This document shows, one piece after another, positions 1 through 8,647 of a stretch of 60,243 bases of DNA; position 1 is the stretch's first letter; every line of letters begins with the position of its first letter. The position numbers and the translations under genes were made by a program. Location of the stretch: the IMG/VR virus record IMGVR_UViG_3300024999_000110, positions 1 through 60,243 of that record. One strand, written 5' to 3'. Source of the DNA: a virus. Its lineage: Duplodnaviria > Caudoviricetes. The notes beneath the pieces were generated by a model, which worked only from the letters and a program-made list of their open reading frames with translations, had not been told where the DNA came from and searched no databases.

Positions 1-280
1 CAACCTCACCATTAACTGAAACATAAATAATCGATCCTGCTTGTAAAGTCCTGAACAAAATCCCTGCAGAACCGTTGCCTTGATCAGTTGATCGTTCAAA
101 AGTAATCGCATGTGGAAATATCTTATTATCTGATGGAGGAGTAACGGGAGGAGTAACTGGTACACTTCCTGGGAAATACTGAGTACAAAGTGCATTGCAT
201 TCATCAAGAGACTGTGGAATTGTTACAGCATTAACTGGTAAAGTCCAGAACAAAACTATAGCCAGAACCAACCTGAGCAT
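1..280 (-). CDS. Exported protein with N-terminal signal peptide, runs off the window edge (partial)
   Basis: Not in the ORF track. ATG at 280 overlaps the stop of the upstream ORF; translates MLRLVLAIVLFWTFPVNA-VTIPQ... and stays open to position 1. Confidence 0.7.
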   Translation of the reverse strand, partial: MLRLVLAIVLFWTLPVNAVTIPQSLDECNALCTQYFPGSVPVTPPVTPPSDNKIFPHAITFERSTDQGNGSAGILFRTLQAGSIIYVSVNGEV

Positions 281-675
281 CAGTCTACCTCCTCGATCTG
301 GCCTTCAGGCTCGATAGGTTCGGCAATCTCTTCAGTGGGGGCGAGCGGCGGAGCAACGTCGGGGAAGGTGGGAGCGGCCGGCTGAGGCGCAAGCGGCGTC
401 GTTGTGGTCGTGGTCTCAGTCGTCGTTACAGCCGGGATGAAGTTGGCCACTGCGTCTTTGATACCTCCAAGCGCAGCCATTGCACCCTCAGTCGCTGCCG
501 AACCGCTGGCATCCTGAGTAGGTGTGTTAGCAGTCGTGAGCCCCTTGGCATCGGTCCTCATGGTGCCGTTTCCGCCGCCGGTGTTCTGGTTAAATGTGAC
601 CTCAGTCGGACTGTAATTTACCGAACAACTCGTCAACAGGCCAACAGCCAAGGCTACTCCCAAAAGTCTCTTCAT
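280..675 (-). CDS. Putative lipoprotein with Thr/Pro-rich tail
   Basis: Likely start MKRLLGVALAVGLLTSC (lipobox-like LTSC) after a GGGGAAGAG RBS; low-complexity T/P/E C-terminus. Confidence 0.65.
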   Translation of the reverse strand: MKRLLGVALAVGLLTSCSVNYSPTEVTFNQNTGGGNGTMRTDAKGLTTANTPTQDASGSAATEGAMAALGGIKDAVANFIPAVTTTETTTTTTPLAPQPAAPTFPDVAPPLAPTEEIAEPIEPEGQIEEVD

Positions 676-700
676 CTCTTCCCCCATATTAAGTTGGTTT

Positions 701-1078
701 TCAATACCATTTATCCGCCCATCCTTTGCAATGCTCAAGCTCATGTTTCAGCAGAAACCCCGGCGCCCAGACCTCGCAGGATTGAACACCTCCTTTGCCG
801 TCCGGCCTAACGTCGGCACAGGCCCAGATTCCACCAAGAAAGATAAGTGAAAAGATAGGCCGCTCCTTGAACATCACCCACTGACAAATTGCTGCAGACG
901 CAGGCAGCGACAGCTTATGGATTTTCAAATCTGGAATATTTTGTAACTGTGTCTCATGTGTAAGTCCTGGAAATAACTTTCCTCCAGGCAGTGGTGCACA
1001 TCCAATGAGTTGCGAAACAATAAGCAGGATAGCAATACTCCAGAGGATGCCTGATATGATCTTCTCAGAGAAGGTCAC
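701..1078 (-). CDS. Putative lipoprotein with HExxH motif
   Basis: Hydrophobic N-terminus ending LIGC; C-terminal LLKHELEHCKG. Confidence 0.6.
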   Translation of the reverse strand: MTFSEKIISGILWSIAILLIVSQLIGCAPLPGGKLFPGLTHETQLQNIPDLKIHKLSLPASAAICQWVMFKERPIFSLIFLGGIWACADVRPDGKGGVQSCEVWAPGFLLKHELEHCKGWADKWY

Positions 1079-1413
1079 TTCGGCGTAACCTTAATAATCG
1101 TCGGTTTCGGTCCCCAGTCATTCAGCGTGTAAATCTCTGAGTGTGGGGACTCTCCACCATCAGCAAACGTTGCTGTCAACGTGAATGATGTGGTTTTCTT
1201 TATCAGCACCACATCACAGGAACCAATCCTGACAATAGCTGTTGCCCAAGTACATACTGCTGCGCCATCTTGATAGAGCTTAAAACCAGTGTGAGACATA
1301 TCAGCAGGCGGCTCGTAGCCCCACTCAACGGTCAGATTGCGCTGCCAACCTGGAGCTGCAGAGACTGATATTGGAATCAGTAGCAATAAGATTGCAAGCA
1401 AAAGTTTTTTCAT
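1075..1413 (-). CDS. Secreted protein, fibronectin type III-like domain
   Basis: Signal peptide MKKLLLAILLLLIPISVSA; FN3-like pattern LTVEW..GFKLY..FTLTA..GGESPHS. Confidence 0.65.
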   Translation of the reverse strand: MKKLLLAILLLLIPISVSAAPGWQRNLTVEWGYEPPADMSHTGFKLYQDGAAVCTWATAIVRIGSCDVVLIKKTTSFTLTATFADGGESPHSEIYTLNDWGPKPTIIKVTPK

Positions 1414-1925
1414 ATCGTTTTCTCCTCAGAGCACTTCGTCACATTAGGAACCTCATTCCCCTCTTCACCAACAGTCGGCTGCCAGACTTCAGGAGCATCA
1501 GCGATAACATCTGCCAGTGTGAAGCCCATAAACTCAGGCACCATCACCGCTGCCCGCTTCTCAATCAACTCATAGCCAGTCAGGCCAAGTGATTCGTCAT
1601 ACTCGATAAGCTGCTTGATCTTTGGTTTCAACCGAACCTTCGGAGGCTTACCACCCTTGAGCATCGGGTTGAAGCAGATATCAGGGGTCAGCCGGTCCAT
1701 GGTCAGCGGGCAGGTATCGAAAGATTCTCCATGCCCAGGGTGGTCATCTGCCGGGAAGAGATCTTTGTAGAAAATGATAAAGGTCAGACCGTAGGTCTTG
1801 CCTCCCCTGGTATAGGTTCCACAAGGGAAGGCATTCTCCCAGACTATACCAAAGAGTCTCTTGGGATCTGCTGGGTCTGGTATCTCGTAGTATGCACCGA
1901 ATGATTCACCTCTATCGAGTATCAT
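1410..1925 (-). CDS. Hypothetical protein
   Basis: 171-aa ORF coupled to both neighbours by ATGA overlaps. Confidence 0.7.
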   Translation of the reverse strand: MILDRGESFGAYYEIPDPADPKRLFGIVWENAFPCGTYTRGGKTYGLTFIIFYKDLFPADDHPGHGESFDTCPLTMDRLTPDICFNPMLKGGKPPKVRLKPKIKQLIEYDESLGLTGYELIEKRAAVMVPEFMGFTLADVIADAPEVWQPTVGEEGNEVPNVTKCSEEKTI

Positions 1926-2095
1926 TCCACCACCTCGTCATCAATCGCCTTCAGCACTTCAGCCAGCTTCTTTGCCCCAAATTCGTAACCAGTGGAAGTT
2001 TCCCACCAGCTTTCGGCGGTATCTTCGGTGCCGTCAATCCCTGCAAGGATGTCCTTGATTTTCGCTTTCAGGTAATAGGCTTCGTGTCTGGTCAT
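1922..2095 (-). CDS. Small hypothetical protein (57 aa)
   Basis: Not in the ORF track; MTRHEAYYLKAKIKDILAGIDGTEDTAESWWETSTGYEFGAKKLAEVLKAIDDEVVE, with ATGA overlaps at both ends. Confidence 0.7.
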   Translation of the reverse strand: MTRHEAYYLKAKIKDILAGIDGTEDTAESWWETSTGYEFGAKKLAEVLKAIDDEVVE

Positions 2096-3357
2096 ATCGC
2101 ATACCCCTGCACTTTCAGCACTTCTGCCTCACTCGCAGATTTCCCCCAGAATTGAGTCTGCTGTATGCCAAATGGTATAACGCTATTCAGGCCGATACGT
2201 TCATGGGTAACGACATTCCAGTCTCCATCAGCACCGACCGCGACAGCGCTTCCCCATGTGATTGCAGTGAAAGTGTTCTTCGCGTAGCCAGTCCTGAATG
2301 TGGCCCCATCACATTGCACAACCGGGAGAAGTTCGTCAGTCCTTGCCCATCCGCCTGTAACCGTGACCTCTGCCGTATTGGTGCCGTCAGTACATTTCAA
2401 CTTCCCACCAGAATCCGCGAAGATCAATCCGGCTGCAACGTCATTGACCGAGAGGATATTCGCCGGGGCCGTAACCTGTGCGCTGGATACTCCCATTTCT
2501 ACCAATGCAGCAGCCGTAAACGCACCCCCGCTTAGGGCAGCGATCATAGCTGCAGACAGCGGTATCGCCAGTCCGTTGCCGCCGCTGGTGGATGCTGTGG
2601 AGGTTACTGAGGTGGTTGCGCCTGCGCCTGATGCTGCGTAGGGCATTTGGTAGGGGGAGGCTACGAGTTGGGGGTTGGAGATGGTTACTGTGCCTGTTGC
2701 AGCCCCGGACGTTCCCGCCCCAAATCTAAAACTGACTGTCCCTCCCGTGCCAGCAATGACCATTTTTACAGCCAACACCCTGCTCCCCGATGATGGCTTG
2801 TATCCAACCGTTTGCCCAACCCCATCAACATAATATGTGCTGGTCGCACCGCTCGGAAGCGGGACAGGATAGATGATATCTGCAACAGCTAAATTGCCAT
2901 CACACACTGCGTCAACGGTATAAATATAGGTTGTATTGGCCAATACAGACAGACTTTGCCCAATCCCTTCACGAGCAACTGCGGCTGAAAACGTTAACAA
3001 CGGTCCTGCAACGGTAAGGGTTCCGCCCGTGAGCACTACAGCCCAATTCGTCGGAGCAGCCCCCGGCGTACCCGACACAGCCCCCTCAAACTTGGAGTTC
3101 TGCAACAGGTTGCTATACGCAGGCTGTACCATCACCCCCCGCCCAGGATGATTGACAGGCCACGGAACCATATTTCCTGAAGCGTCTGGCTGGTTGCCTG
3201 CTACTGAGGTTTGGATCTGGGGGCCTACAGGACAGACGGTGGGGGTCTTGGCGTTCCAGAGAGAGAGTAGGCCGGGAATACCACCTTCGCTACCAGCTAT
3301 CGCTCTCCGCGAATAACTCTTGAATATCGGCTTGAAAATACTCTTAGCGACACTCAT
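2092..3357 (-). CDS. Virion fibre or receptor-binding-like protein (beta-rich, possible carbohydrate-binding/LamG-like domains)
   Basis: G/A/S/T/V-rich; NLLQNSKF and PQL..PY patterns typical of phage fibre proteins; lies in the late operon; visibly higher GC than flanks. Confidence 0.5.
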   Translation of the reverse strand: MSVAKSIFKPIFKSYSRRAIAGSEGGIPGLLSLWNAKTPTVCPVGPQIQTSVAGNQPDASGNMVPWPVNHPGRGVMVQPAYSNLLQNSKFEGAVSGTPGAAPTNWAVVLTGGTLTVAGPLLTFSAAVAREGIGQSLSVLANTTYIYTVDAVCDGNLAVADIIYPVPLPSGATSTYYVDGVGQTVGYKPSSGSRVLAVKMVIAGTGGTVSFRFGAGTSGAATGTVTISNPQLVASPYQMPYAASGAGATTSVTSTASTSGGNGLAIPLSAAMIAALSGGAFTAAALVEMGVSSAQVTAPANILSVNDVAAGLIFADSGGKLKCTDGTNTAEVTVTGGWARTDELLPVVQCDGATFRTGYAKNTFTAITWGSAVAVGADGDWNVVTHERIGLNSVIPFGIQQTQFWGKSASEAEVLKVQGYAI

Positions 3358-3641
3358 CAGTCTACCAACTGAACACCGACTGCGTTAGCGGTTACGCCCT
3401 TGACAAATTGCAGGGTGATGGGACTATCGATCTTTAACGGAGGTGAGGTGGCGGTCATGGTTACTGCTACTCCAAATTCATCATAAAGAGCCAAAGCTAC
3501 ACCAGCTTCATCAAGTATATTTACTGCAATAGTCTCTGCCACAAGAACACCAGCAACTGTAACAGTCTTCGGAAGTGAATGAGCAGGAAAATAATGCCTG
3601 ACAGTCATAGCCGCAGTTTGCTTAGGAATAATCATACTCAT
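3357..3641 (-). CDS. Hypothetical virion protein
   Basis: 94-aa ORF with GGAG RBS in the late operon. Confidence 0.6.
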   Translation of the reverse strand: MSMIIPKQTAAMTVRHYFPAHSLPKTVTVAGVLVAETIAVNILDEAGVALALYDEFGVAVTMTATSPPLKIDSPITLQFVKGVTANAVGVQLVD

Positions 3642-3697
3642 AATATTCTCCGCTATAATAATTGTTATTGGATTAACTTTTATATTAACACAAAACC

Positions 3698-3727
3698 TGT
3701 AATAATAAAGTTCCCCTTATTATTACA
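3698..3727 (-). terminator. Hairpin, probable intrinsic terminator after the head genes
   Basis: TGTAATAATAA/TTATTATTACA 11-bp inverted repeat, followed by GGTTTTGTGTT on the minus strand. Confidence 0.5.
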
Positions 3728-3736
3728 AGTTCTTTT

Positions 3737-4675
3737 TTAATATGCCCTGAGCACCATATAACTAAAGGCATGAACACTAGATGGATCAGCTGAACAAGTT
3801 ACCGTCAAAGTATTAGCAGTTACAACAGCCTTCAAAATGCTATCCGTATCATTCGTAGTATTATAAATGACTATCGGAATATCTGTAGCAAGAGCACCAG
3901 TCACAGTAACCGCTTCAGCTGCTGCCCCACCAACCGTTTGATGTGTTCCTGCGTAAGCAATATAATGACTTGGTTTAAATGTTCCTCTCGGCCGAATAAC
4001 AACATAATGTAAACTATGTGCCACAGCTGGATCAGCAGAACAGGTTACAGTAATTGTATTATTAGTACAAACTATATCACTAATAGTATCAGTGTCATCT
4101 GTTGCACCATAATTAACAAAAGCCATATCAGTAGCCAAAACACCAGCAACTGTAATAGCTTCTGCAGCAGCACCACCAACAGTAGTATGCGTTCCAGCAG
4201 CTACAATATCCCACTCAGGAACACATCTATTCCTTAACAATGCATAATCATAGCCATGTGCTGTACTAGGATCTGCACTACCAACAATAGTAATCGTACT
4301 ATCAGTAGCTATTGCAGAAACTATCTGATCGTTATCATCAGAAACTTCATGATTAACAATAGCTATATCAGTAGAAAGAATCAGTCCACTTCGAGTAATT
4401 ACTTCAGTTGTATCTCCACCGGCAGAAGTGACTGGGCCTTCAGCCAACTTTATGCCATAACCATAAGTTGGGCCAACAGGAACAAACAAGCACGATGCAG
4501 CAGTGCCCATATTTACCCATTGAGCTGCCTGACCAAGAGCTACATCAGTCTTAGTGAATGTACACCCTGGATTGTACCCAGCAGATCCAGATGCAGGAAT
4601 CGTAGATCCAGAAGCCATTGACTTATTTCTGGAAGTATCACATGTAATACCATTCGGAAAATTTGTTACACCCAT
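3737..4675 (-). CDS. Putative capsid decoration/head fibre protein with three internal ~80-aa repeats
   Basis: Directly after the MCP; unit T.GG....I...G.L.TD...V.....D.D.I......T.T...SADP...H...Y..LR occurs three times; MGVTNFPNG start. Confidence 0.6.
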   Translation of the reverse strand: MGVTNFPNGITCDTSRNKSMASGSTIPASGSAGYNPGCTFTKTDVALGQAAQWVNMGTAASCLFVPVGPTYGYGIKLAEGPVTSAGGDTTEVITRSGLILSTDIAIVNHEVSDDNDQIVSAIATDSTITIVGSADPSTAHGYDYALLRNRCVPEWDIVAAGTHTTVGGAAAEAITVAGVLATDMAFVNYGATDDTDTISDIVCTNNTITVTCSADPAVAHSLHYVVIRPRGTFKPSHYIAYAGTHQTVGGAAAEAVTVTGALATDIPIVIYNTTNDTDSILKAVVTANTLTVTCSADPSSVHAFSYMVLRAY

Positions 4676-4803
4676 AATTTCCTCCACTGGGACACTTCTT
4701 ATCTCAAAGAACTGCCTGAAAGATTTTAACTTTCATTTACCCACATTATTAAGACCGTTCTAAGCTCGTCACAAAGAACGGTCAGTTCTTATTTCAGTTT
4801 GGT

Positions 4804-4819
4804 CGTTCACTTATGAACG
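4804..4819. promoter_or_regulatory. 16-bp palindromic site (GTTCA-N4-TGAAC), copy 1
   Basis: CGTTCACTTATGAACG just past the MCP stop codon. Confidence 0.6.
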
Positions 4820-4824
4820 GTCAA

Positions 4825-5748
4825 TTATGCAGCACCCGGACTTCCAAAAATTCCCCTTGGATCAGACCAACCAAAGCTTCCACGAAAAGTCGCTTTGAAC
4901 TTTGCATTCTCAGTATCGAAGTCATTCTCAGTTCCAAACGCATCAGGCCTCCTTTCCATATACTTCAAACCGTCTGGACAGTTAGTTTTAATAAACCATG
5001 CATCACTATCAGTCAGGTAATGATTCACAGCGATGCCCTGAGGAAACTTCTTCGATGCTCGAATAGCATTGATATCATTATTCGCGCTGCCGGACTGTCC
5101 GATAGATTCGAGAATCCGCATAGCGTCAAACTCAAGAGCAGTCGGGATGATCAACTTCTGAGGCATAATCGCGATCTTGAGTCCACGATCAGTAGTGAAT
5201 GCAGCGATGTCAATGCAAGCCTGCTCGAGGGCTGCTTCACTGAGGTCAGCCGCAGTAGAGAGCTCGTTCCTCCAGATACCGCCGGATTTATTCGGATGAT
5301 CAGTAGCACAAAGCTCCTTACCATCACTATTAGTTCCCATAGTATAAGCAGCAGTAAACGCCCGATTAAGGATGTTTGCCCCAATAATCTCTTTGGTTTG
5401 CCGGATAGAAAAAGCAAGTGCATTTGCACGACGCAGCGCAACTGTAACAGCTATACCATCTTCGTACATTTCCCGAGTAATAATAAATCCAAGGCCGTAC
5501 GTTACATGAGTGTAGCGACTAACAAATCCCTGCTCCTGCTCATCATACGCAATCCCAGCTCCCTCGGTTTTTACTGCTGCAAGACCGAAACCAGTTACGC
5601 CAGCTTCTTCTTCGAAAGCCTTTGTAGAGTTACCCTTTTCAAAAATATCCAAATACTCAATCGGATACTCTTTATATTTCTGCCCGAACCAAGTCTTGAC
5701 CCCAGGCACCAGATCTTTTGCAAAATTACTAGTAGTAATAATACCCAT
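4825..5748 (-). CDS. Major capsid protein (HK97 fold)
   Basis: 307 aa, downstream of portal and scaffold; motifs EGAGIAYD, DGKELCATDHP, P.KLIIP, HYLTDSDAWF and C-terminal R.SFGWSDPRG typical of phage MCPs. Confidence 0.85.
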   Translation of the reverse strand: MGIITTSNFAKDLVPGVKTWFGQKYKEYPIEYLDIFEKGNSTKAFEEEAGVTGFGLAAVKTEGAGIAYDEQEQGFVSRYTHVTYGLGFIITREMYEDGIAVTVALRRANALAFSIRQTKEIIGANILNRAFTAAYTMGTNSDGKELCATDHPNKSGGIWRNELSTAADLSEAALEQACIDIAAFTTDRGLKIAIMPQKLIIPTALEFDAMRILESIGQSGSANNDINAIRASKKFPQGIAVNHYLTDSDAWFIKTNCPDGLKYMERRPDAFGTENDFDTENAKFKATFRGSFGWSDPRGIFGSPGAA

Positions 5749-5800
5749 TTGTAAGCTCCTTTAAATGATGATTAAATAGCAGAAGTTAATAAACAACTAA

Positions 5801-6397
5801 TTAAACATCAGTTGAAATAGTAAGGCCCAGCTCATGCTCTCCGAAAAGAATTTCCCACTTGGCATAATTTCCAAGTTCATTATCTTCTCGATTAGCCAAC
5901 CTCAAAAGTCTACAGTTACCACTGGTGTCGGTTGCAGTATCACTGGAATCAAGTTCCATAGCAGACTTACCAGTAGTCGTAGATCCAGAACCAACTATAA
6001 AGTTTGTAGAAAGCCCTACTTCAGTAGCAGCCAATGCAGCACCATCACTATCTTCCTGAACTTCAAAAATAACCTGAGGATCATCAACTACCAGACAATA
6101 CATTGCAGTAGCAGCAGGCCGATATGAACGATTAGGAGTATCAGGATGAGTCATTACATACGGATTATCACCAAAAGCAATTACAACACCTCTCACTGCA
6201 GCACCAGCAGTAGCTTGGGCTACCGTAGGATACTTGCCGGTTGAATCTGCAGATCCAGCACTTTTAACTGCATCGCCAATAAAAGTTGCAGTATTATCAG
6301 TAGACGGAATGTAATAAACATTTGCCTGACCGTTCCAAGGAGACCCGTTCAAATGTTTGACCGGCTTAAAGCCGAAAGGAGTATCAAGATTTGCCAT
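5801..6397 (-). CDS. Capsid-associated (cement/decoration) protein
   Basis: MANLDTPFGFKPV start and V.DDP...FEVQ motif; lies immediately upstream of the MCP. Confidence 0.55.
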   Translation of the reverse strand: MANLDTPFGFKPVKHLNGSPWNGQANVYYIPSTDNTATFIGDAVKSAGSADSTGKYPTVAQATAGAAVRGVVIAFGDNPYVMTHPDTPNRSYRPAATAMYCLVVDDPQVIFEVQEDSDGAALAATEVGLSTNFIVGSGSTTTGKSAMELDSSDTATDTSGNCRLLRLANREDNELGNYAKWEILFGEHELGLTISTDV

Positions 6398-6424
6398 ATT
6401 TTTTACCTCAACAAAGTTTAATTA

Positions 6425-6838
6425 TTACGAAATAGTCACACTTCCAGACAAGCCATCTCTACCCTCGCCACGAGAGTTCCGCTTAATTTGGTTTTCTACC
6501 TCACTAATCTTGGCTTGTGATTCGGCTCGGTCTGCCTCATAAATCTCTTCTGGAATCTCCATTAGAACAGCCCTTTGATTGTTACCCACACTAGGGTTGG
6601 TGGCACTACCAATATTAGTCGGTCTGCCAATCTTTGAATCCCCAACAGGTGAACCATCATCAACAGTGTTCCATCCAGCGTCTTTAAACATCTGAAGGCG
6701 ATCTCCAGTATCATTAACAAATCGGCGCACGAAACCGACCTTCTTCGGTGCAGTCAAGATATTCCTCGACCCTAAAGGTATTCTCTTACGCGGTTGCTCG
6801 CTTTTAATACTCTCTGTATTTTTTGCCTGTTCTGTCAT
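6425..6838 (-). CDS. Hypothetical head-module protein
   Basis: 137 aa between the scaffold and capsid genes; AGAGGA RBS. Confidence 0.6.
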   Translation of the reverse strand: MTEQAKNTESIKSEQPRKRIPLGSRNILTAPKKVGFVRRFVNDTGDRLQMFKDAGWNTVDDGSPVGDSKIGRPTNIGSATNPSVGNNQRAVLMEIPEEIYEADRAESQAKISEVENQIKRNSRGEGRDGLSGSVTIS

Positions 6839-6853
6839 AACATAATCCTCTTA

Positions 6854-7810
6854 TTATTCTTGCATACTTGCAATATCTTTAATGTATTGTTCTTCGGTCA
6901 TTATGCCTCCGCGAACAAATTGATTCATTATACTAATTTGGTCAGGTGTAAGATCAGCTTTGCTGAAAGAATTCGTAGCACCTTTATTGTTTGATCCTTT
7001 ATCAACAGGAGAAACAGGTCCGATTGGCTTAACAGTCCCAGTAGTAGCAGGTGCTGCTGAAGTAGTTTTAGGAGCAAACTTTTCTGGAAAAACCTCCTGA
7101 ACTTTCTGTCGTACTAATGCATAAATCCTCGGCAGTGGTGCTCCAACATAATTCTGCGCTACACTATCAGCGAACTGTGCCATTTCATTGTCTTCCAAGT
7201 ACCATTGATTATCCTGAATCCAATCATCATAGACAGGATTTTCAACAGCACCAGCATCAGACTTGTTAGCACTTATTTTGGGGGCAGCAAGATCATTTTT
7301 CTTTGCTTCGATCTGTGCGTCCAGTTCTTCTACTTTATCAACATCAGCAAGTTCAATTGCAGACTTACGTTCCTTTTTAAGAGTTTCTATTTCAGCAGTT
7401 AGTTTCTTAACTTCAGTCTGATAGACTTTCTCATTGTGCTCTTTAAGTGCATTTACAGATGCCTGAACAGCACTAAGATTCTCCTTTAAGTCTTTATTAT
7501 GCTTACTCATTGCCTTCTGAATGTCTTTCGACCTCAGAATGTACGTGACCGCATCAACTGCATCTTCACCTACATGATCAGCACGCCAGCCAAGTTGTGA
7601 AGCAAGTTCTTCTACAGAAGGAGCAATCTTGGTTTGATCAGAATCAGCATTACCATCAGTGGTTTTAGTTTGATTGGAAGATTGATCATCACCAGATTTA
7701 GCTACCACAACAGACTTGCTGATATCACCAGTTGTTTCTGTTGCTTCTGTAGAAGAACCATCAGTTGCTTCGGCTGCCATAATAATGTCTTGCACAAATT
7801 CTTCTGCCAT
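6854..7810 (-). CDS. Putative capsid scaffolding protein
   Basis: Acidic disordered N-terminus, central coiled coil, W...N.WY motif; lies between portal and MCP. Confidence 0.6.
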   Translation of the reverse strand: MAEEFVQDIIMAAEATDGSSTEATETTGDISKSVVVAKSGDDQSSNQTKTTDGNADSDQTKIAPSVEELASQLGWRADHVGEDAVDAVTYILRSKDIQKAMSKHNKDLKENLSAVQASVNALKEHNEKVYQTEVKKLTAEIETLKKERKSAIELADVDKVEELDAQIEAKKNDLAAPKISANKSDAGAVENPVYDDWIQDNQWYLEDNEMAQFADSVAQNYVGAPLPRIYALVRQKVQEVFPEKFAPKTTSAAPATTGTVKPIGPVSPVDKGSNNKGATNSFSKADLTPDQISIMNQFVRGGIMTEEQYIKDIASMQE

Positions 7811-7822
7811 AATAACACCTAT

Positions 7823-8158
7823 TTAAAAGAGTAATCGAGCTAAAACATCATTGTCATTAATCAATACATAAGAGTCGTCATCTTTGCCAGGCATTGATAC
7901 GCCGGCATATCGAGAGTAACTAATCTTATCGCCAACTTCTGCCCAGGCAACTCCGTCATCAAGGTCTTTCCAGGCAGTAGGTCCGATGGCAATCAAGGTT
8001 CCTACTGTAGCGGCTTGCTGTTCTTTTTCCCGAATTGTTTCAGGCAAATAGATTCCGCCCTTAGTCTTTTCTTCAACCTTCTCAGGAAGTACTAACAAGT
8101 GTCCGCCAGTCGGTAAGATGCCAGATTGATTAATATCCATAATGTGTTCGTCGCTCAT
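7823..8158 (-). CDS. groES: GroES/Cpn10-like co-chaperonin
   Basis: LPTGGHLLVLP..EEKTKGGIYLP mobile loop; G.LIAIGP; VGDKI.YSRYAG; LINDNDVLA. Confidence 0.9.
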   Translation of the reverse strand: MSDEHIMDINQSGILPTGGHLLVLPEKVEEKTKGGIYLPETIREKEQQAATVGTLIAIGPTAWKDLDDGVAWAEVGDKISYSRYAGVSMPGKDDDSYVLINDNDVLARLLF

Positions 8159-8205
8159 AATTATTACCCTTTTAAATAATTGTTATTCTCAACAAATGTG
8201 TATGC

Positions 8206-8460
8206 TTAGTAACCACTACGCTCGTCAACGTCATTCTCTACAGAATCACCTTCAAAGGAAATATTCAATATTTGATCAAGCCCTTCAATATTTCCAACAA
8301 TCCTATTTGTCATGCCATGAGTCTCATATGCATTTTTGCCAATAGTATTTCCATTACTTAACTTATTTTCCATAACCTTACGAACTTTTCTAAGTTCTGT
8401 AAGAATCTCTGTTGTGACTGCATTAGTTTTCCATTCTTGGAATTGTTCACTAGTTAGCAT
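8206..8460 (-). CDS. Hypothetical protein
   Basis: 84-aa ORF with GAGGA RBS; F.EWK...VT pattern, post-portal position. Confidence 0.65.
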   Translation of the reverse strand: MLTSEQFQEWKTNAVTTEILTELRKVRKVMENKLSNGNTIGKNAYETHGMTNRIVGNIEGLDQILNISFEGDSVENDVDERSGY

Positions 8461-8470
8461 CGTAATGTCC

Positions 8471-8638
8471 TCAATTCTGATTAGCTTTCTCCAATTCTTT
8501 CTTCCTCTTAGTTGCAGCAGTTGTTACATTTCCAGCATAAAAAACATTCTTGTCTGAAGCATCATTCTTATTTTTACCCAAACCAAGTGCACGTAAAAAA
8601 GAAAACGTACCTTTCTTCTTCTTGTCTAATTCATCCAT
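8471..8638 (-). CDS. Small basic hypothetical protein (55 aa)
   Basis: Not in the ORF track; AGGAG RBS; MDELDKKKKGTFSFLRALGLGKNK...; exactly fills the gap after the portal. Confidence 0.6.
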   Translation of the reverse strand: MDELDKKKKGTFSFLRALGLGKNKNDASDKNVFYAGNVTTAATKRKKELEKANQN

Positions 8639-8647
8639 ATTGTCTCC

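Noticed and set aside
2092-3357. Diversity-generating retroelement target
   Set aside because: No reverse transcriptase in the window and no template/variable repeat pair noticed.
4813-5754. 313-aa plus-strand ORF antisense to the major capsid gene
   Set aside because: It mirrors the MCP frame almost exactly and has Ser/Ile-rich, non-protein-like composition; a codon-bias shadow ORF.
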